Shown piece by piece: positions 1 through 10,677 of a stretch of 64,000 bases of DNA (its first letter is position 1; each line of letters starts with the position of its first letter). The DNA is from an uncultured bacterium. GTDB taxonomy: Bacteria > Patescibacteriota > JACMRA01. The position numbers were made by a program, and so were the translations under genes. Below the pieces are notes generated by a model, which saw only the letters and a list, made by a program, of their open reading frames with translations, was not told the DNA's origin and ran no database searches. The stretch covers positions 92,682 to 156,681 of the forward strand of contig CAWAQU010000009.1 in NCBI GenBank assembly GCA_963784355.1. The letters run 5' to 3'.

Positions 1-206
1 TTGATTTCTGACTCAGTACTTTTCTTTTCAGAAGACTGATTGGTTTCAGTTGTATTGTTATTAGTATTGGTTGTATTATTTATTTTAGGTTTAGTACTAT
101 TGTAAATAATTAATCCCGTTACAGCCAAAATTGCTACTGTAGCAACAATAATTGCCAGTTTAATTTTCTGATTGTAGGTGTAGCCCAGTATATTTTTTTG
201 AGACAT
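1..206 (-). CDS. Partial membrane-anchored hypothetical protein (runs off window start)
   Basis: ATG at 206 gives MSQKNILGYTYNQKIKLAIIVATVAILAVTGLIIY followed by an N/T/S-rich linker; open to position 1; TTGACA upstream on the minus strand. Confidence 0.7.
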   Translation of the reverse strand, partial: MSQKNILGYTYNQKIKLAIIVATVAILAVTGLIIYNSTKPKINNTTNTNNNTTETNQSSEKKSTESEI

Positions 207-262
207 GGTGATTTACATTTTTAAACTAAAAACTTAACTAATTGTCAACTAAGTTCTAAAAA

Positions 263-1714
263 TTATAGATTTAATTTAGGTCCAGCGCTTAAAATCAGAT
301 TGTACTCTTGAATTGCTTGGTTGATGCTATCAGACAAGGGTTGTTTTTCAAAATGAACTCTATACATCATTTGGCCCCACATTCTCTCGACTTTTTGGAC
401 ATCAGGCTTGTAGTAGTTGTCTGCATAAAGACTGCCGGCAGCAAAAACTTTTAGATCATCATTACGCTTTAATTGTTCTTGGATAACATATTTATTTGCA
501 GATGGTAAATTAGTATTGGCAGCAAAAGTGCTTTGCGCAGATTTGGTAGTTAAAAACTTTAAAAAATCTTCAGAAGCTTGTAATTTTTTCTGACTCACCG
601 GATCTTTTGGGTTATTTTCTGCATTTGTAGCTAATTGTCTATTTAAACCATCCATAAAAAAGAATCCATAAGTTTTTTTAGCATCCTGATCGAGCTGTGG
701 TAAATCAGTTATACCATAGTTTAACCTATTATTTCTTTGATTGATAGTATCTTTAAAATAGCTATAGTGGATTATATATGCAAGCTTTCCTTCTAAAAAT
801 GCCTCCACATTGCTTTTCTGACTATCATTCCAGCTATATCTATTGGTAGTGATGTCACTAAAATCTGAATAAAATTTAACTGCATTGTAAGTAGCGTTGT
901 CATTACTTAAGTCACCTTGTAAATTTGATTTAATATCTGTTTTAGCAGAACCACTACCGAATATACTGGTACCAGTTTGATAGTCATATAGCTGGGCTCC
1001 ATTTTGAAATATTAAGGTAGCAAGTATGTCCTGAAAGCGGTTTATGTTGCCGCCTTCAGATTTACTGTCAAAACCTGTTCCTAGAGAAATAGCACTTTGT
1101 TTGAAATTACCACTCAAGTCTTTTTTATTTAAGTAGCTTAATTGCTTATCCAAATCTTTCCACGAAGTTGGAGGTAAGGGTATGGAAGCTTGTGACAATA
1201 GATTTGTGTTGTAATATAGCTGCAAGTTATCTACATAGGAAGTTACTGCATAGACTTTATCTTTTACCATTGTATCTCTAACAGCCAAGGGTACAAAATC
1301 TCTTTTATATTGATTAAGTTCATTTTCGGTAAAGGAAGATATGGGAGTCATATACTTCTGGTAGGCAGGTAGATCATCATTCTTTAAAGTGAAAATATCT
1401 GGGCCGGAGTTGGAAGCAATGTCGGTAATTAAATTTTTGTAATAGTCGTTGTTGTAATTTTTGTTTACTATGTTTATAGTTACGTTTTGATTTCCCGGAG
1501 TAGCTTTAAACTCGGTAATAATATCTTTGTAAATACTTTCGTCATAAAAAGCTTGCCACCAGGTTAAAGTAACGGGAGTATTATTTACAGCCGCAACTTT
1601 GGGCTTAGTAGTATTATTTTGGGGAAAAGCAATCAGCGCTAGCAAAGCTATTAATAAAAACAAAATAAAACCACCACCAATCAGCAAAATCTTATTTTTA
1701 AAAATACCAGGCAT
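263..1714 (-). CDS. Extracellular solute-binding protein, family 1 (sugar ABC type)
   Basis: N-terminal TM anchor; LTWW, GPDIF, LYYNTNL, FLEGKLA motifs. Confidence 0.8.
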   Translation of the reverse strand: MPGIFKNKILLIGGGFILFLLIALLALIAFPQNNTTKPKVAAVNNTPVTLTWWQAFYDESIYKDIITEFKATPGNQNVTINIVNKNYNNDYYKNLITDIASNSGPDIFTLKNDDLPAYQKYMTPISSFTENELNQYKRDFVPLAVRDTMVKDKVYAVTSYVDNLQLYYNTNLLSQASIPLPPTSWKDLDKQLSYLNKKDLSGNFKQSAISLGTGFDSKSEGGNINRFQDILATLIFQNGAQLYDYQTGTSIFGSGSAKTDIKSNLQGDLSNDNATYNAVKFYSDFSDITTNRYSWNDSQKSNVEAFLEGKLAYIIHYSYFKDTINQRNNRLNYGITDLPQLDQDAKKTYGFFFMDGLNRQLATNAENNPKDPVSQKKLQASEDFLKFLTTKSAQSTFAANTNLPSANKYVIQEQLKRNDDLKVFAAGSLYADNYYKPDVQKVERMWGQMMYRVHFEKQPLSDSINQAIQEYNLILSAGPKLNL

Positions 1715-1758
1715 ATGTTTTTTGATTATACATAGTTTACTTCATTTTATTACCTATG

Positions 1759-2850
1759 TCAATCAGTGTTTTGCTCGGAATTTGCATGCTTCATAGCCCA
1801 AATAAAAGGCATAAGCTCACCTTTTTCCAAGACATTCTCTACATCTGAGCTTTCGTAATTACTCCTATGGTCCTTAACTAATTTATAAGGGTGTAAAACA
1901 TAGCTACGAATCTGGCTACCCCACTGAGGAGATGAAAACTCCCCCTTAATCTCTTCTTTTAAAGCTTGATTTTGTTTAAGCTGATATACAGCTAATCTAT
2001 TGGTCAGATATTTTAATGCCTGTTGCTTATTTTGAACTTGACTTCGTTCGTTTTGGCAGCTGACACTAATATTTGTCGGGATATGTATTACCTTAACGGC
2101 GCTATAAGTTGTGTTCACACTTTGTCCACCTTTTCCGGACGAGGTTGAGTATTCCCATCTCAAATCTTTTTCAGGTATTTCAGTAATTTTAGCTACTTCA
2201 TTTATATTAGCTGGTATAAGCTCTACTAAAGCAAATGAGGTTTCTCGAGTTTTACCTGCATTAAATGGAGAAATTCTAACTAATCTATGTACTCCAGCCT
2301 CTTCTTTAAGATAACCATAAACATACTCGCCTTTAATATCTAAAAAAACAGATTTTGTCCCCCCTTCCTCCCCGGCGGAAAAAGAAATGACCTCCCATTC
2401 CCAGCCCTGTTTTGTGCAAAATGTCTGATACATACTGGTTAGCATACTTGCCCAATCTTGTGCGTCTAGCCCGCCAGCGCCAGCGTGAATAGATAATTGT
2501 GCCCCATCTCTATCAAATTTACCATTGAAATGATTTTTTATTTGTAGTGAATTGTATTCTTTAAGGAGATTATTATAAATTTTATGTATTTCTACTTCTT
2601 CATTCAATTCAATGGCAATTTGTAGATTATCAAGCTCAGCACTTACACGCTCAAAATATTTTATTTTATCTTCCAAAAACTTTAACTCCTTACTAGTTTC
2701 TGTACTTTTCTCAATATTTGACCAAATTTCAGGATCATTTAACGTATTTTGCTTCTTTAAAATCTCTATTTTAACATTTTCCAGATTAATTTCTTCTAGA
2801 GTATCTTTAAAATTTTTTATGAAACTGGCGTATTCCTGTTGGGTCAGCAT
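1759..2850 (-). CDS. prfB: Peptide chain release factor 2, uninterrupted ORF
   Basis: GVHRLVRISPF (SPF recognition tripeptide), GGQ motif, WGSQIRSYVLHPY. Confidence 0.93.
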   Translation of the reverse strand: MLTQQEYASFIKNFKDTLEEINLENVKIEILKKQNTLNDPEIWSNIEKSTETSKELKFLEDKIKYFERVSAELDNLQIAIELNEEVEIHKIYNNLLKEYNSLQIKNHFNGKFDRDGAQLSIHAGAGGLDAQDWASMLTSMYQTFCTKQGWEWEVISFSAGEEGGTKSVFLDIKGEYVYGYLKEEAGVHRLVRISPFNAGKTRETSFALVELIPANINEVAKITEIPEKDLRWEYSTSSGKGGQSVNTTYSAVKVIHIPTNISVSCQNERSQVQNKQQALKYLTNRLAVYQLKQNQALKEEIKGEFSSPQWGSQIRSYVLHPYKLVKDHRSNYESSDVENVLEKGELMPFIWAMKHANSEQNTD

Positions 2851-2851
2851 A

Positions 2852-4678
2852 TTATTCTTTTTCCTTCACCACTCTTAAATCTATGTTAGATTTTATGCCT
2901 GGCATATTAATACCAGAGTCCTTTTTATCAATATTGGTAATCTCGGGACAATCTTTAGATAAGTTCTTTTTCGCGTCGTCAAACTCTGTACTATTAACTA
3001 AATCAACAAATTTTTTCTTATCAAAACATGAAGTTTCTAATTTATAATTGTAGAGTATTTTCAATTTAATAGAATCTGTAACTCTTGGGTTGGATTGTAT
3101 ATCTAAAATGTTTATATTACTAATTTCTATTTCCTTTGGCCTAGAATCATTTGAGGATAAAATTGTATTTTTTAACTGATCCTGAGTGAGATAGTAGATA
3201 TCTAGATCAGTTTGAGCTTTGGCAACTAATTTTTCACTACGGTCCCCGGGAACATTGCTATAACTATATTTTGTATCTTTATATTTGTACCATTCAGAAT
3301 TTGTATAAACTTTTTCTTTTTGAATATTTTTAATCTCTTTTTGAATATTTTCAGCTAATTTGGCATCTACTTTTTGAGTTACAAAATTTTTATCTTGCTC
3401 GCTTACATAGCTTTCACCTGAAGTGTAAGTATTCTCAATTGGTGAAATTGTAATTGCATAGCAACTTAAACAAACTCTCTGATTTCTTAAGTTCAAAATG
3501 TCTAATTTAGTATTTACAGGTAAATTGCTATTTATAGACTCTGATTGCACTTCAAACACGTAGGTGTCAGTTGATTTATATTTACCTGGTATAGAAAAAC
3601 TGGAAGGTAATTGTTTGTTGGGATTTACTTGATAGTATATATTATTATCGGAAACAAGCTTAAATCTACCATTATCTAAATCTACTTCACCACCACCATT
3701 ATTGACTAAACTTACCTGTCCTATAGCTCTATCTGTCTTTAGTTCTTTTTTACCCCTAACTTCTACAGAGTCTTCACCAGTTAACTGAATATTGGTTTTC
3801 TGAAAATCAGCTACACTAATATTTATATCAGCCACGCCCTCTAAGCTCACAGGTGTAATTTCTATAGTATAAACTTTTGTAGGAAAAAACATCAAGACCA
3901 TTATTGAAAATAAACTTAAACCCGCAGACAATGAAAATATTTTAAATAAATTTATCTTGGGTTTACTATAACTATTCTCCAAATCTATAGAACCAGGGCT
4001 ATAATGCTTATCCTGATTCCTAATGTTCTCCAAAGCTGTTTTTGCACTTGTGATTCTATCAAGGAGACTATCAAGATTTTGTTTTGGATCAAGACTTGCG
4101 GCATTTTCTTGGTTTAAGCGATCAAGCAATACGCTGGAATTAAAATCCTGTTTCTTTAGTAAAGTCTCTGCTGATAAGGTCTCTGTTGGATAAGTACTAA
4201 ACTCTTTTAAATTAAAATTAAAGTTGGGCTGAGGGTTTGTAAGCTCCGTATTATTTCTAAAAAAACTTTTTGAATTTGGTGCTTGTTGATTGTAATTCGG
4301 CTGATTTGATTGTACTTTTTCGGTCTGATAGCTTACTTCTTCAAAATTCTGAAAACTAGCATGCTGAGTGACCAAATTGTTATTAAATTGCGTAGGAAGA
4401 AGGTATTGATTTTTTGTATATATATTTATATCTGATTGTGTGGCAATATTTGCACTACACTCTTTTAAAAACTCTAAGATCTTAATTTCCTTGCTATACC
4501 ACAAAATTTTTCTAGGGTATTTGCTTATTTGATAATTAAATACAGTAAAAGCAATTTTGGTATTTAAAAATACAGGTAAATTTTGTATGTACAATATAAG
4601 ATCACCAGTCTTGTCCGCTTCTATTTCCAATACTTTTATTAAATCTTGTTTGCTTGTGTAAGCACTAATAGTTAACAT
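2852..4678 (-). CDS. Single-TM hypothetical protein; extracellular part resembles the baseplate-J-like proteins common in CPR genomes
   Basis: 608-aa ORF, central TM, then 'AIGQVSLVNN' beta-rich region; family link is weak. Confidence 0.45.
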   Translation of the reverse strand: MLTISAYTSKQDLIKVLEIEADKTGDLILYIQNLPVFLNTKIAFTVFNYQISKYPRKILWYSKEIKILEFLKECSANIATQSDINIYTKNQYLLPTQFNNNLVTQHASFQNFEEVSYQTEKVQSNQPNYNQQAPNSKSFFRNNTELTNPQPNFNFNLKEFSTYPTETLSAETLLKKQDFNSSVLLDRLNQENAASLDPKQNLDSLLDRITSAKTALENIRNQDKHYSPGSIDLENSYSKPKINLFKIFSLSAGLSLFSIMVLMFFPTKVYTIEITPVSLEGVADINISVADFQKTNIQLTGEDSVEVRGKKELKTDRAIGQVSLVNNGGGEVDLDNGRFKLVSDNNIYYQVNPNKQLPSSFSIPGKYKSTDTYVFEVQSESINSNLPVNTKLDILNLRNQRVCLSCYAITISPIENTYTSGESYVSEQDKNFVTQKVDAKLAENIQKEIKNIQKEKVYTNSEWYKYKDTKYSYSNVPGDRSEKLVAKAQTDLDIYYLTQDQLKNTILSSNDSRPKEIEISNINILDIQSNPRVTDSIKLKILYNYKLETSCFDKKKFVDLVNSTEFDDAKKNLSKDCPEITNIDKKDSGINMPGIKSNIDLRVVKEKE

Positions 4679-4699
4679 AAAGTGGATATAGATTAATTT

Positions 4700-4774
4700 T
4701 GGTAGCGCTACGGGGAGTCGAACCCCGCTTGCAGGAATGAGAATCCTGAGTCCTAACCGATAGACGATAGCGCC
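4700..4774 (-). tRNA. tRNA-Glu (anticodon CTC), CCA encoded
   Basis: GGCGCTATCGTCTATCGGTTAGGACTCAGGATT-CTC-ATTCCTGCAAGCGGGGTTCGACTCCCCGTAGCGCTACCA folds as a cloverleaf; TTGACA at 4823-4828 (minus). Confidence 0.96.
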
Positions 4775-4945
4775 ACTTTAAATTGAAGAACCACTCCTAA
4801 TATGCAGTATAAGTTAGAGGTTTGTCAAGGTCAGATTTGATGAGTAGTTTACAGTAGCTGTGTTTGTTTAACAAAATAAAATTTTTGAGATCAGCTAAAT
4901 TTAAGAGTAGTTTTGTGTTATTCAATTTACCAATCAAGTAGTGCT

Positions 4946-5371
4946 TTAATTAAATTTATTAATTCTTCTTATGTGTCTCTGGCTATTATCAAAAGTTGTT
5001 CTTAAAAATTCATTTACCAATAAAACTGCTTTCTCATAAGTAATAAACCTTCCTGCCAGGCAAAGAACATTGGCGTTATTATGTTTTTTGATCAAATCAA
5101 CAATTTCGGGATTATCAGTAGCTCCTGCTCTAATCCAAGGGTGCCGATTTAAAGCCATGCAAATGCCTTGTCCAGTACCACAAAACACTATAGCCAAACT
5201 TTCTGGCTCTTTTTTTAAAACCTCGGCCACTTCCTTTGCCCTGTCCGGATAGTCGTCATTTGAATCATAAATGGGTGCAAGGTCAAAATGCTGGAGCTGT
5301 ATTTCTGCTAAATAAAGTTTTATTTTTTCCTTTAGATCAAAGCCTGCATGGTCCGCCGATAAAAAAATCAT
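4946..5371 (-). CDS. rpiB: RpiB/LacA/LacB family sugar-phosphate isomerase
   Basis: ADHAGF, DDYPD, CGTGQG, HNNANVLCL, RHIRRI motifs. Confidence 0.9.
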   Translation of the reverse strand: MIFLSADHAGFDLKEKIKLYLAEIQLQHFDLAPIYDSNDDYPDRAKEVAEVLKKEPESLAIVFCGTGQGICMALNRHPWIRAGATDNPEIVDLIKKHNNANVLCLAGRFITYEKAVLLVNEFLRTTFDNSQRHIRRINKFN

Positions 5372-5437
5372 ATTTTGACAATCTAAAAATTTAAAGTATC
5401 TATAAACACGTGTTTTAGTTTAACTTTTTTTTGTCCA

Positions 5438-6293
5438 GTGCTATTTAATATTTTCACTCTTCATCCTAATATATTTCACTCTTTTTATTGCTGAAAGCTT
5501 AATTGCCAGAGGAATCTCCAAACACGTGTTTCAGATAAATTTTTGTAATTGGAGAGAAAATTTTGGCATAGGAAATTATAAACAAGTTGATGACAAACCC
5601 TACGGCGGCGGTACTGGAATGGTACTTAAGCCAGAGCCAATTTTTGAGGCTCTAAAATCATACAATGCTATAAGCGATCTCTATCAAGCACCAAATGAAC
5701 CGCAAGTACACCATAAAATATTACCTAATAATCTTAAGTTTTATAATCAAGTGCAAGCTACCGGAAAATTTGATAAGGTGACAATTATGATGACTCCCCG
5801 AGGCTATAAACTTAATCAACAAACTGCCCAGTGGCTTACAAAATTTGATAAAATAAATATTTTATGTGGCAGGTACGAGGGTTTTGATAGTCGTATATCT
5901 GACACAGTTGACTTAGAAATTTCTATAGGTGATTTTGTTTTAAATGGTGGTGAGGTAGGAGCTATGGCTACAATCGAAACTGTAGCAAGACTTTTACCAG
6001 GGTTTATAACTAAAGAAAATTCGGTACTACATGATTCTTTCTCTGAGGAACTAAATTATTATAAAGAACACGAAAATTTTTTCTTGAAAACTAAAAATAA
6101 CCAAAAAATAGAAAATACCAACACTCTTTTTGACGAACAACAATGGATAGAAAAAACCTTGCCCTTAATTGAGCATCCACAGTATACTAGACCGCTAATT
6201 TGGGGAAATTATGAGGTACCTCAAGTGTTGTTGTCAGGCAGCCATAAGCAAGTGCAATCTTGGCGTCAAGCTGAGTGGAGATTTGACAAGTAA
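5438..6293 (+). CDS. trmD: tRNA (guanine37-N1)-methyltransferase, with a +1 frameshift near 5482-5486
   Basis: GTG 5438 gives MLFNIFTLHPNIFHS (TrmD N-terminus); the rest (VDDKPYGGGTGMVL, CGRYEGFD, SIGDFVLNGGE, EHPQYTRP) is in the +1 frame. Confidence 0.88.
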
Positions 6294-6311
6294 TATTAAT
6301 TTGCCTATATT
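6283..6311 (+). promoter_or_regulatory. Sigma70-type promoter for the M23 peptidase gene
   Basis: TTGACA-N17-TATATT. Confidence 0.6.
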
Positions 6312-6316
6312 TATGA

Positions 6317-7975
6317 TTGTCTAGTTTGCATTTGCCTTTAAGCATAACTATGCCCTTCGAGTTTCATTTAAACCAACCCAACTTTAATTTAAATAGTAAC
6401 ATAAGTTTATCTGACAGTTTTCATTACCAGCCTAATTTTGTATTAGTCGGAGATGGAAATTCAGCTAAAACCTCTATGGGTTCTATTTTTGGAGATATAT
6501 TACCTATATATCCATCATATCAGGAATTGACCAGTACAATAGTCACATCTTTTGATAGTTTTATAAGCTTAATTTTGCTTAGCAAGACTTTCTCAATATG
6601 TTTATTAAGTTTTTTAAATACCGTTTTAAGTAATAGTATATACCAGACTTTTGTACTTGCCAGTTCAGTATATGAACAAGTTAGAGAAATACCTAGTATA
6701 TATTCTGCTACTTACAAAAAAGTTCTTGACCTGACTGACTTATTTGCAAGCCAACAAGGAAGAGAATTATGGTGGTTAGAGGTAAAACTAGATATTAAAA
6801 ACTTAGTAAATAAAGCCCATAGTATAATTTCTCTAATTTTAGAGGTTACTAAAAAGTTTTATTTAGCATTTGTAATTTTCTTGGCCATAGGTTTCTTAAA
6901 CTATGCCACTATATATAATAGTCTATCGGCAAGTTCAAGCAGCTTTTTGTCCAGGTTTATACAAAATTATAGTTTGAATGCTGCATATACTCCGGTAAAT
7001 AACAGTTATTCATATGCAAACTCAACCTCCTCAATTCCAGTCTATTCTTCAACCAATATTTCTCCAATTCAAATAATTACAGAATACGAGGTAAGTGAAG
7101 ATGAAAATCTGCAACAAATTTCTAATGAATTTGGTATAAAAACTGAGACTATTAAATTAAATAACCCTACCATTCAGACAGATGTAAATGCTGGTCAGAA
7201 AATATATATACCTTGGACAGACGGCTATCTTTTGAATTCACCTAAAAAAATTACTCCAGAAGACTTAGAAACATTATATGGAGTTAAAAAAGATTTATTA
7301 GTTGCCCAAAATTTTGCTGCCTACAACTCAACTGAGAACAGTTTCCCTCAAGATTCTATCATTCTAATACCAACTGACGATTTAAATAAAATTGAAAACG
7401 GAAATAAGATGCTAGAGTCTCAAAAGAAAATGGCAAAAGAGGCTGAAAAGCAAACCGGATCAACGACAAAACAGGCTGAACCTCAGAAACAAACTGAAGC
7501 TGAAGCTGAACAGAAAAAAACTCAGAACTTGAGTAATATATCTACCCAATCCTCCAAGAAAATTATTAAAGAGCAAAAATCTGTAGCTGTAGAAGCTAGT
7601 AAGGAAGGGTTTATTTGGCCAACTACAGGTGCTATAAGTAGATGTTTCTCAAGTGGCCACCGAGGTTGTGACATTACAAATTCATCCGAACCTGATATCA
7701 TTGCAGCAAAAAGTGGTGTTATAAAAACGGTAGGATATGAAGCCGGTGGTTATGGAAACTTTGTGGTAATTAATCACGGCAACAATCTATATACTCTCTA
7801 TGCACACATGCAAAAAGTGTATGTTTCAGAAGGTGCAGTTGTTTCTCAAGGAAAAGCTATTGGTCAAATGGGTTGCGTAGGTAGGTGCACTGGTACTCAT
7901 CTTCACTTCGAAGTTCGTTCAGGTAGTGATAGTAAATCCAACTCAGTAAATCCACTTCCTTATTTAAAAGGGTAG
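6317..7975 (+). CDS. LysM + M23 family peptidoglycan metallopeptidase with long N-terminal region (start may be ATG 6350)
   Basis: LysM-like YEVSEDENLQQISNEFGI; M23 motifs HRGCD, GYGNFVVINH, YAH, HLHFEVR. Confidence 0.85.
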   Translation: MSSLHLPLSITMPFEFHLNQPNFNLNSNISLSDSFHYQPNFVLVGDGNSAKTSMGSIFGDILPIYPSYQELTSTIVTSFDSFISLILLSKTFSICLLSFLNTVLSNSIYQTFVLASSVYEQVREIPSIYSATYKKVLDLTDLFASQQGRELWWLEVKLDIKNLVNKAHSIISLILEVTKKFYLAFVIFLAIGFLNYATIYNSLSASSSSFLSRFIQNYSLNAAYTPVNNSYSYANSTSSIPVYSSTNISPIQIITEYEVSEDENLQQISNEFGIKTETIKLNNPTIQTDVNAGQKIYIPWTDGYLLNSPKKITPEDLETLYGVKKDLLVAQNFAAYNSTENSFPQDSIILIPTDDLNKIENGNKMLESQKKMAKEAEKQTGSTTKQAEPQKQTEAEAEQKKTQNLSNISTQSSKKIIKEQKSVAVEASKEGFIWPTTGAISRCFSSGHRGCDITNSSEPDIIAAKSGVIKTVGYEAGGYGNFVVINHGNNLYTLYAHMQKVYVSEGAVVSQGKAIGQMGCVGRCTGTHLHFEVRSGSDSKSNSVNPLPYLKG

Positions 7976-7976
7976 T

Positions 7977-8005
7977 TTGACAAATTCTGTTAAGTACGTT
8001 AAATT
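7977..8005 (+). promoter_or_regulatory. Sigma70-type promoter for nusA
   Basis: TTGACA-N17-TAAATT. Confidence 0.6.
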
Positions 8006-8115
8006 TAAATTAATATCAGTTTCGCATTTCGCGGAACTTTTTCATTGATGTAAGTTAAAATTTTACATACTTTTACATACAAACCTTATTATAAAAACTT
8101 ATTGCAACCATAATT

Positions 8116-9219
8116 ATGTCTTTAAATTCAGAAGAACTAAAACAACAGATAGAGCTTATTTGTATAGAAAGAGGTCTAGAGCCTGACGAGGTGATGAAAG
8201 CTATTGAAGTAGCTCTAGCTAGCGCCTACCGTAAAGAATTTGGTGAAAAAGAAAAAGCTTATGAAGCTAAATTTGATGAATTGACCGGCCAATACTCTAT
8301 ATACGAAACCACAGCAATTGTAGAAGAGGTTTTGAATCCTGCTAGAGAAATTACTTTAATTGATGCTAAACTGTTTGATCCAAATGCTCAGTCAGGTGAT
8401 ATCATTAGAAAAGAGATTGCTATTGATAAGGAGATTGAATTTGGTAGAATTGCAGCCCAAGTAGCTAGGCAAGTTTTGTTCCAAGCTATAAATAGCGTAA
8501 GACATACCAAAGTATTACAACAATTCAAGGATAAAATTGGAGATATTGTAACAGTGGAGATTGATTTCTATAAAAAAGGTGGCTACAATGTAAAACTCGC
8601 TCAAACTACAGGCTATATAAATAAAGAAAACTTATTGCCTATTGATAAATTCAAACCTGGACAGATAGTTAAAGCACTAGTTGTTGATATTGCTGAAGAT
8701 ATCCATGGTAATTCAAAAATCGTTTTATCTAGAGCTCATCCAGATTTTGTAAAAGCTATAATTACGCACGAAATACCTGAAGTTGCTGCAGGAATTGTAA
8801 GTATTAATAAAATTGTAAGGGAACCAGGTAGCAGAAGTAAAATTTTGGTTTCGGCCGGTGAAGAAGAAAATATTGATCCTGTTGGTACAATTCTGGGAAG
8901 AAAAAATGTTAGAATCACTAATATAATGCGTGAAATCAGCAATTCTCTCCAGGAAAAGATTGATGTAATTGAAGATAGACCAGATGATTTAGAAGGAATG
9001 GTAATGGACGCCTTAGAGCCTGCTGAAATTGATCGTGTGGAAATCAATAAAGACGCTAAAACTGCAGATGTATATTGCTATGCAGATGAAGCTTCATTAG
9101 CAGTTGGTAGAAGAGGTGTAAATATTAGACTAGCTGGTGAGCTTTTGGGTCTTACTTTAAGTATCAAGGTAATAGAAGAAGATGCGCGGACTTCACAAGG
9201 TCCTACAATCGTAGCCTAA
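8116..9219 (+). CDS. nusA: Transcription termination/antitermination factor NusA
   Basis: FGRIAAQVARQV, S1 domain, EIPEV...REPGSRSKI, SLAVGRRGVNIRLA (KH). Confidence 0.95.
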   Translation: MSLNSEELKQQIELICIERGLEPDEVMKAIEVALASAYRKEFGEKEKAYEAKFDELTGQYSIYETTAIVEEVLNPAREITLIDAKLFDPNAQSGDIIRKEIAIDKEIEFGRIAAQVARQVLFQAINSVRHTKVLQQFKDKIGDIVTVEIDFYKKGGYNVKLAQTTGYINKENLLPIDKFKPGQIVKALVVDIAEDIHGNSKIVLSRAHPDFVKAIITHEIPEVAAGIVSINKIVREPGSRSKILVSAGEEENIDPVGTILGRKNVRITNIMREISNSLQEKIDVIEDRPDDLEGMVMDALEPAEIDRVEINKDAKTADVYCYADEASLAVGRRGVNIRLAGELLGLTLSIKVIEEDARTSQGPTIVA

Positions 9220-9339
9220 AATACTAAAAAGATAATTCTAAAAATAGAAAAGGAGGTTTTTTAATCCTATTTATTACATTAAAGTCTAAAAACTAAGCGA
9301 CTAAAATCTTTAATGGCTATTTATCTAAATTAACTTTGC

Positions 9340-10029
9340 TTATTTACTACCAAACCAAATTCTACCTAGACTGTTTTCTGGTATCTCAATTTCTGTTTCT
9401 GAGTCATTTTCGCAGTTTTTGGATTGATTTACTTGAATAGCATCAGATATTTTACATCGATTGGAGTCCTTTTTTGACACATCTTTATCTTTGTTTACAA
9501 TCTCTTTACCAAAATGTTGTACTACAAATATGGTTGGCCTATCATCCAATTTACCATAAGAAATACCAATCCCGGTCTCTTCTACCTCTTTATTTAAAAT
9601 GTTTTCTCGATGTGAGGGTGAGTTCATCCAGGCTTCAACCATCTTACTCACTGACTCAAAACCATTAGCTAAATTTTCCCCTGCAATTATGTATTCATAA
9701 CTGGACTCCTTTATAAAATCAGACCATTTTTTGCCTGATGGACTAACGTGCGAAAAATATGGTACTTTATAATTTGCCATATCCTCAGCTTTAGCCTGAG
9801 CAGAATTGTTGAGTTTTGTGTTAAGCTTAAGTACAGGTAGCTGTTTTTTTGTCCTTTCTTGATTGACAGCAGATAAAACCTGCTCCTTACTGTAACTACT
9901 AGCTAAGGCAATATTTTGAGTTTTGGTAGTTTGGGTCAGAAAAAAACTAAATACAACCACAGATATAAGACAGGCAATACCTGAAACCAAAAGTAGCAAT
10001 TGATTTTTCACAAAATTTCTAAGAGACAC
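9340..10029 (-). CDS. CAP/SCP domain protein
   Basis: AQAKAEDMA, YFSH, AGENLA, AWMNSPSHRENIL. Confidence 0.9.
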   Translation of the reverse strand: MSLRNFVKNQLLLLVSGIACLISVVVFSFFLTQTTKTQNIALASSYSKEQVLSAVNQERTKKQLPVLKLNTKLNNSAQAKAEDMANYKVPYFSHVSPSGKKWSDFIKESSYEYIIAGENLANGFESVSKMVEAWMNSPSHRENILNKEVEETGIGISYGKLDDRPTIFVVQHFGKEIVNKDKDVSKKDSNRCKISDAIQVNQSKNCENDSETEIEIPENSLGRIWFGSK

Positions 10030-10073
10030 CTTATACTAATTGTATCACACAAAATCATTTGTAGCAAACTTAT

Positions 10074-10493
10074 ATGGAAATAAAAAATATTTGGTTTTTA
10101 CCATTAAAAGTCTATAGCGACGAGGTTTTAAGGGTTAGCTACTTAAAGATATTAACTAGAGATAAATTTGAAACTATCAAACTACCTACAAGTCTAGAAA
10201 ATTATAAGTTTAGCTATAATCTAACTCCACAAAATTTACTTTTTGGTGAATTAATAAAAACTAGAAAAAATTGGATTCTTAAAAACATACTAGAGACAAA
10301 AAATTTGGTCGAACTCGAAAATTTTGAAGCCTATCTAAAATTGAGTGAAATGGTAAAAATAATTCTAAAATATTTTCAAGATGACTTGGAAGCTGATATT
10401 TTGGATAACACTATAAGTATGCTAAGTGAAAATAAACACTTTGACACGACAAATTTTGAAGAGTTTTTGGAGAAAAAAATGGGATTTAAATAG
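10074..10493 (+). CDS. Short divergent RecO-like protein (N-terminal OB fold, no Zn finger)
   Basis: Pattern LKILTRD...YNL...GELIKTRKNWIL recalls short CPR RecO-like proteins; weak similarity. Confidence 0.4.
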   Translation: MEIKNIWFLPLKVYSDEVLRVSYLKILTRDKFETIKLPTSLENYKFSYNLTPQNLLFGELIKTRKNWILKNILETKNLVELENFEAYLKLSEMVKIILKYFQDDLEADILDNTISMLSENKHFDTTNFEEFLEKKMGFK

Positions 10494-10677
10494 AATTAAA
10501 TTTATACTCACTCGACTAATGTGATGACGGCAATTTTAAAGACCTAAAATTAGATGAAATGTAAAATTATTTTAGGTAAGTTTTAGAAATTTAAAGTATG
10601 TATTAAAAACAAGTTTTGATACCGTGGCTGCTGAGGCTTAGTAATTACTGGTGTTAAAGATAAAAAAGAAAAATATC

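Noticed and set aside
2760-2850. Programmed +1 frameshift in prfB
   Set aside because: The ORF is continuous with no CTT-TGA site; absence of the shift is common
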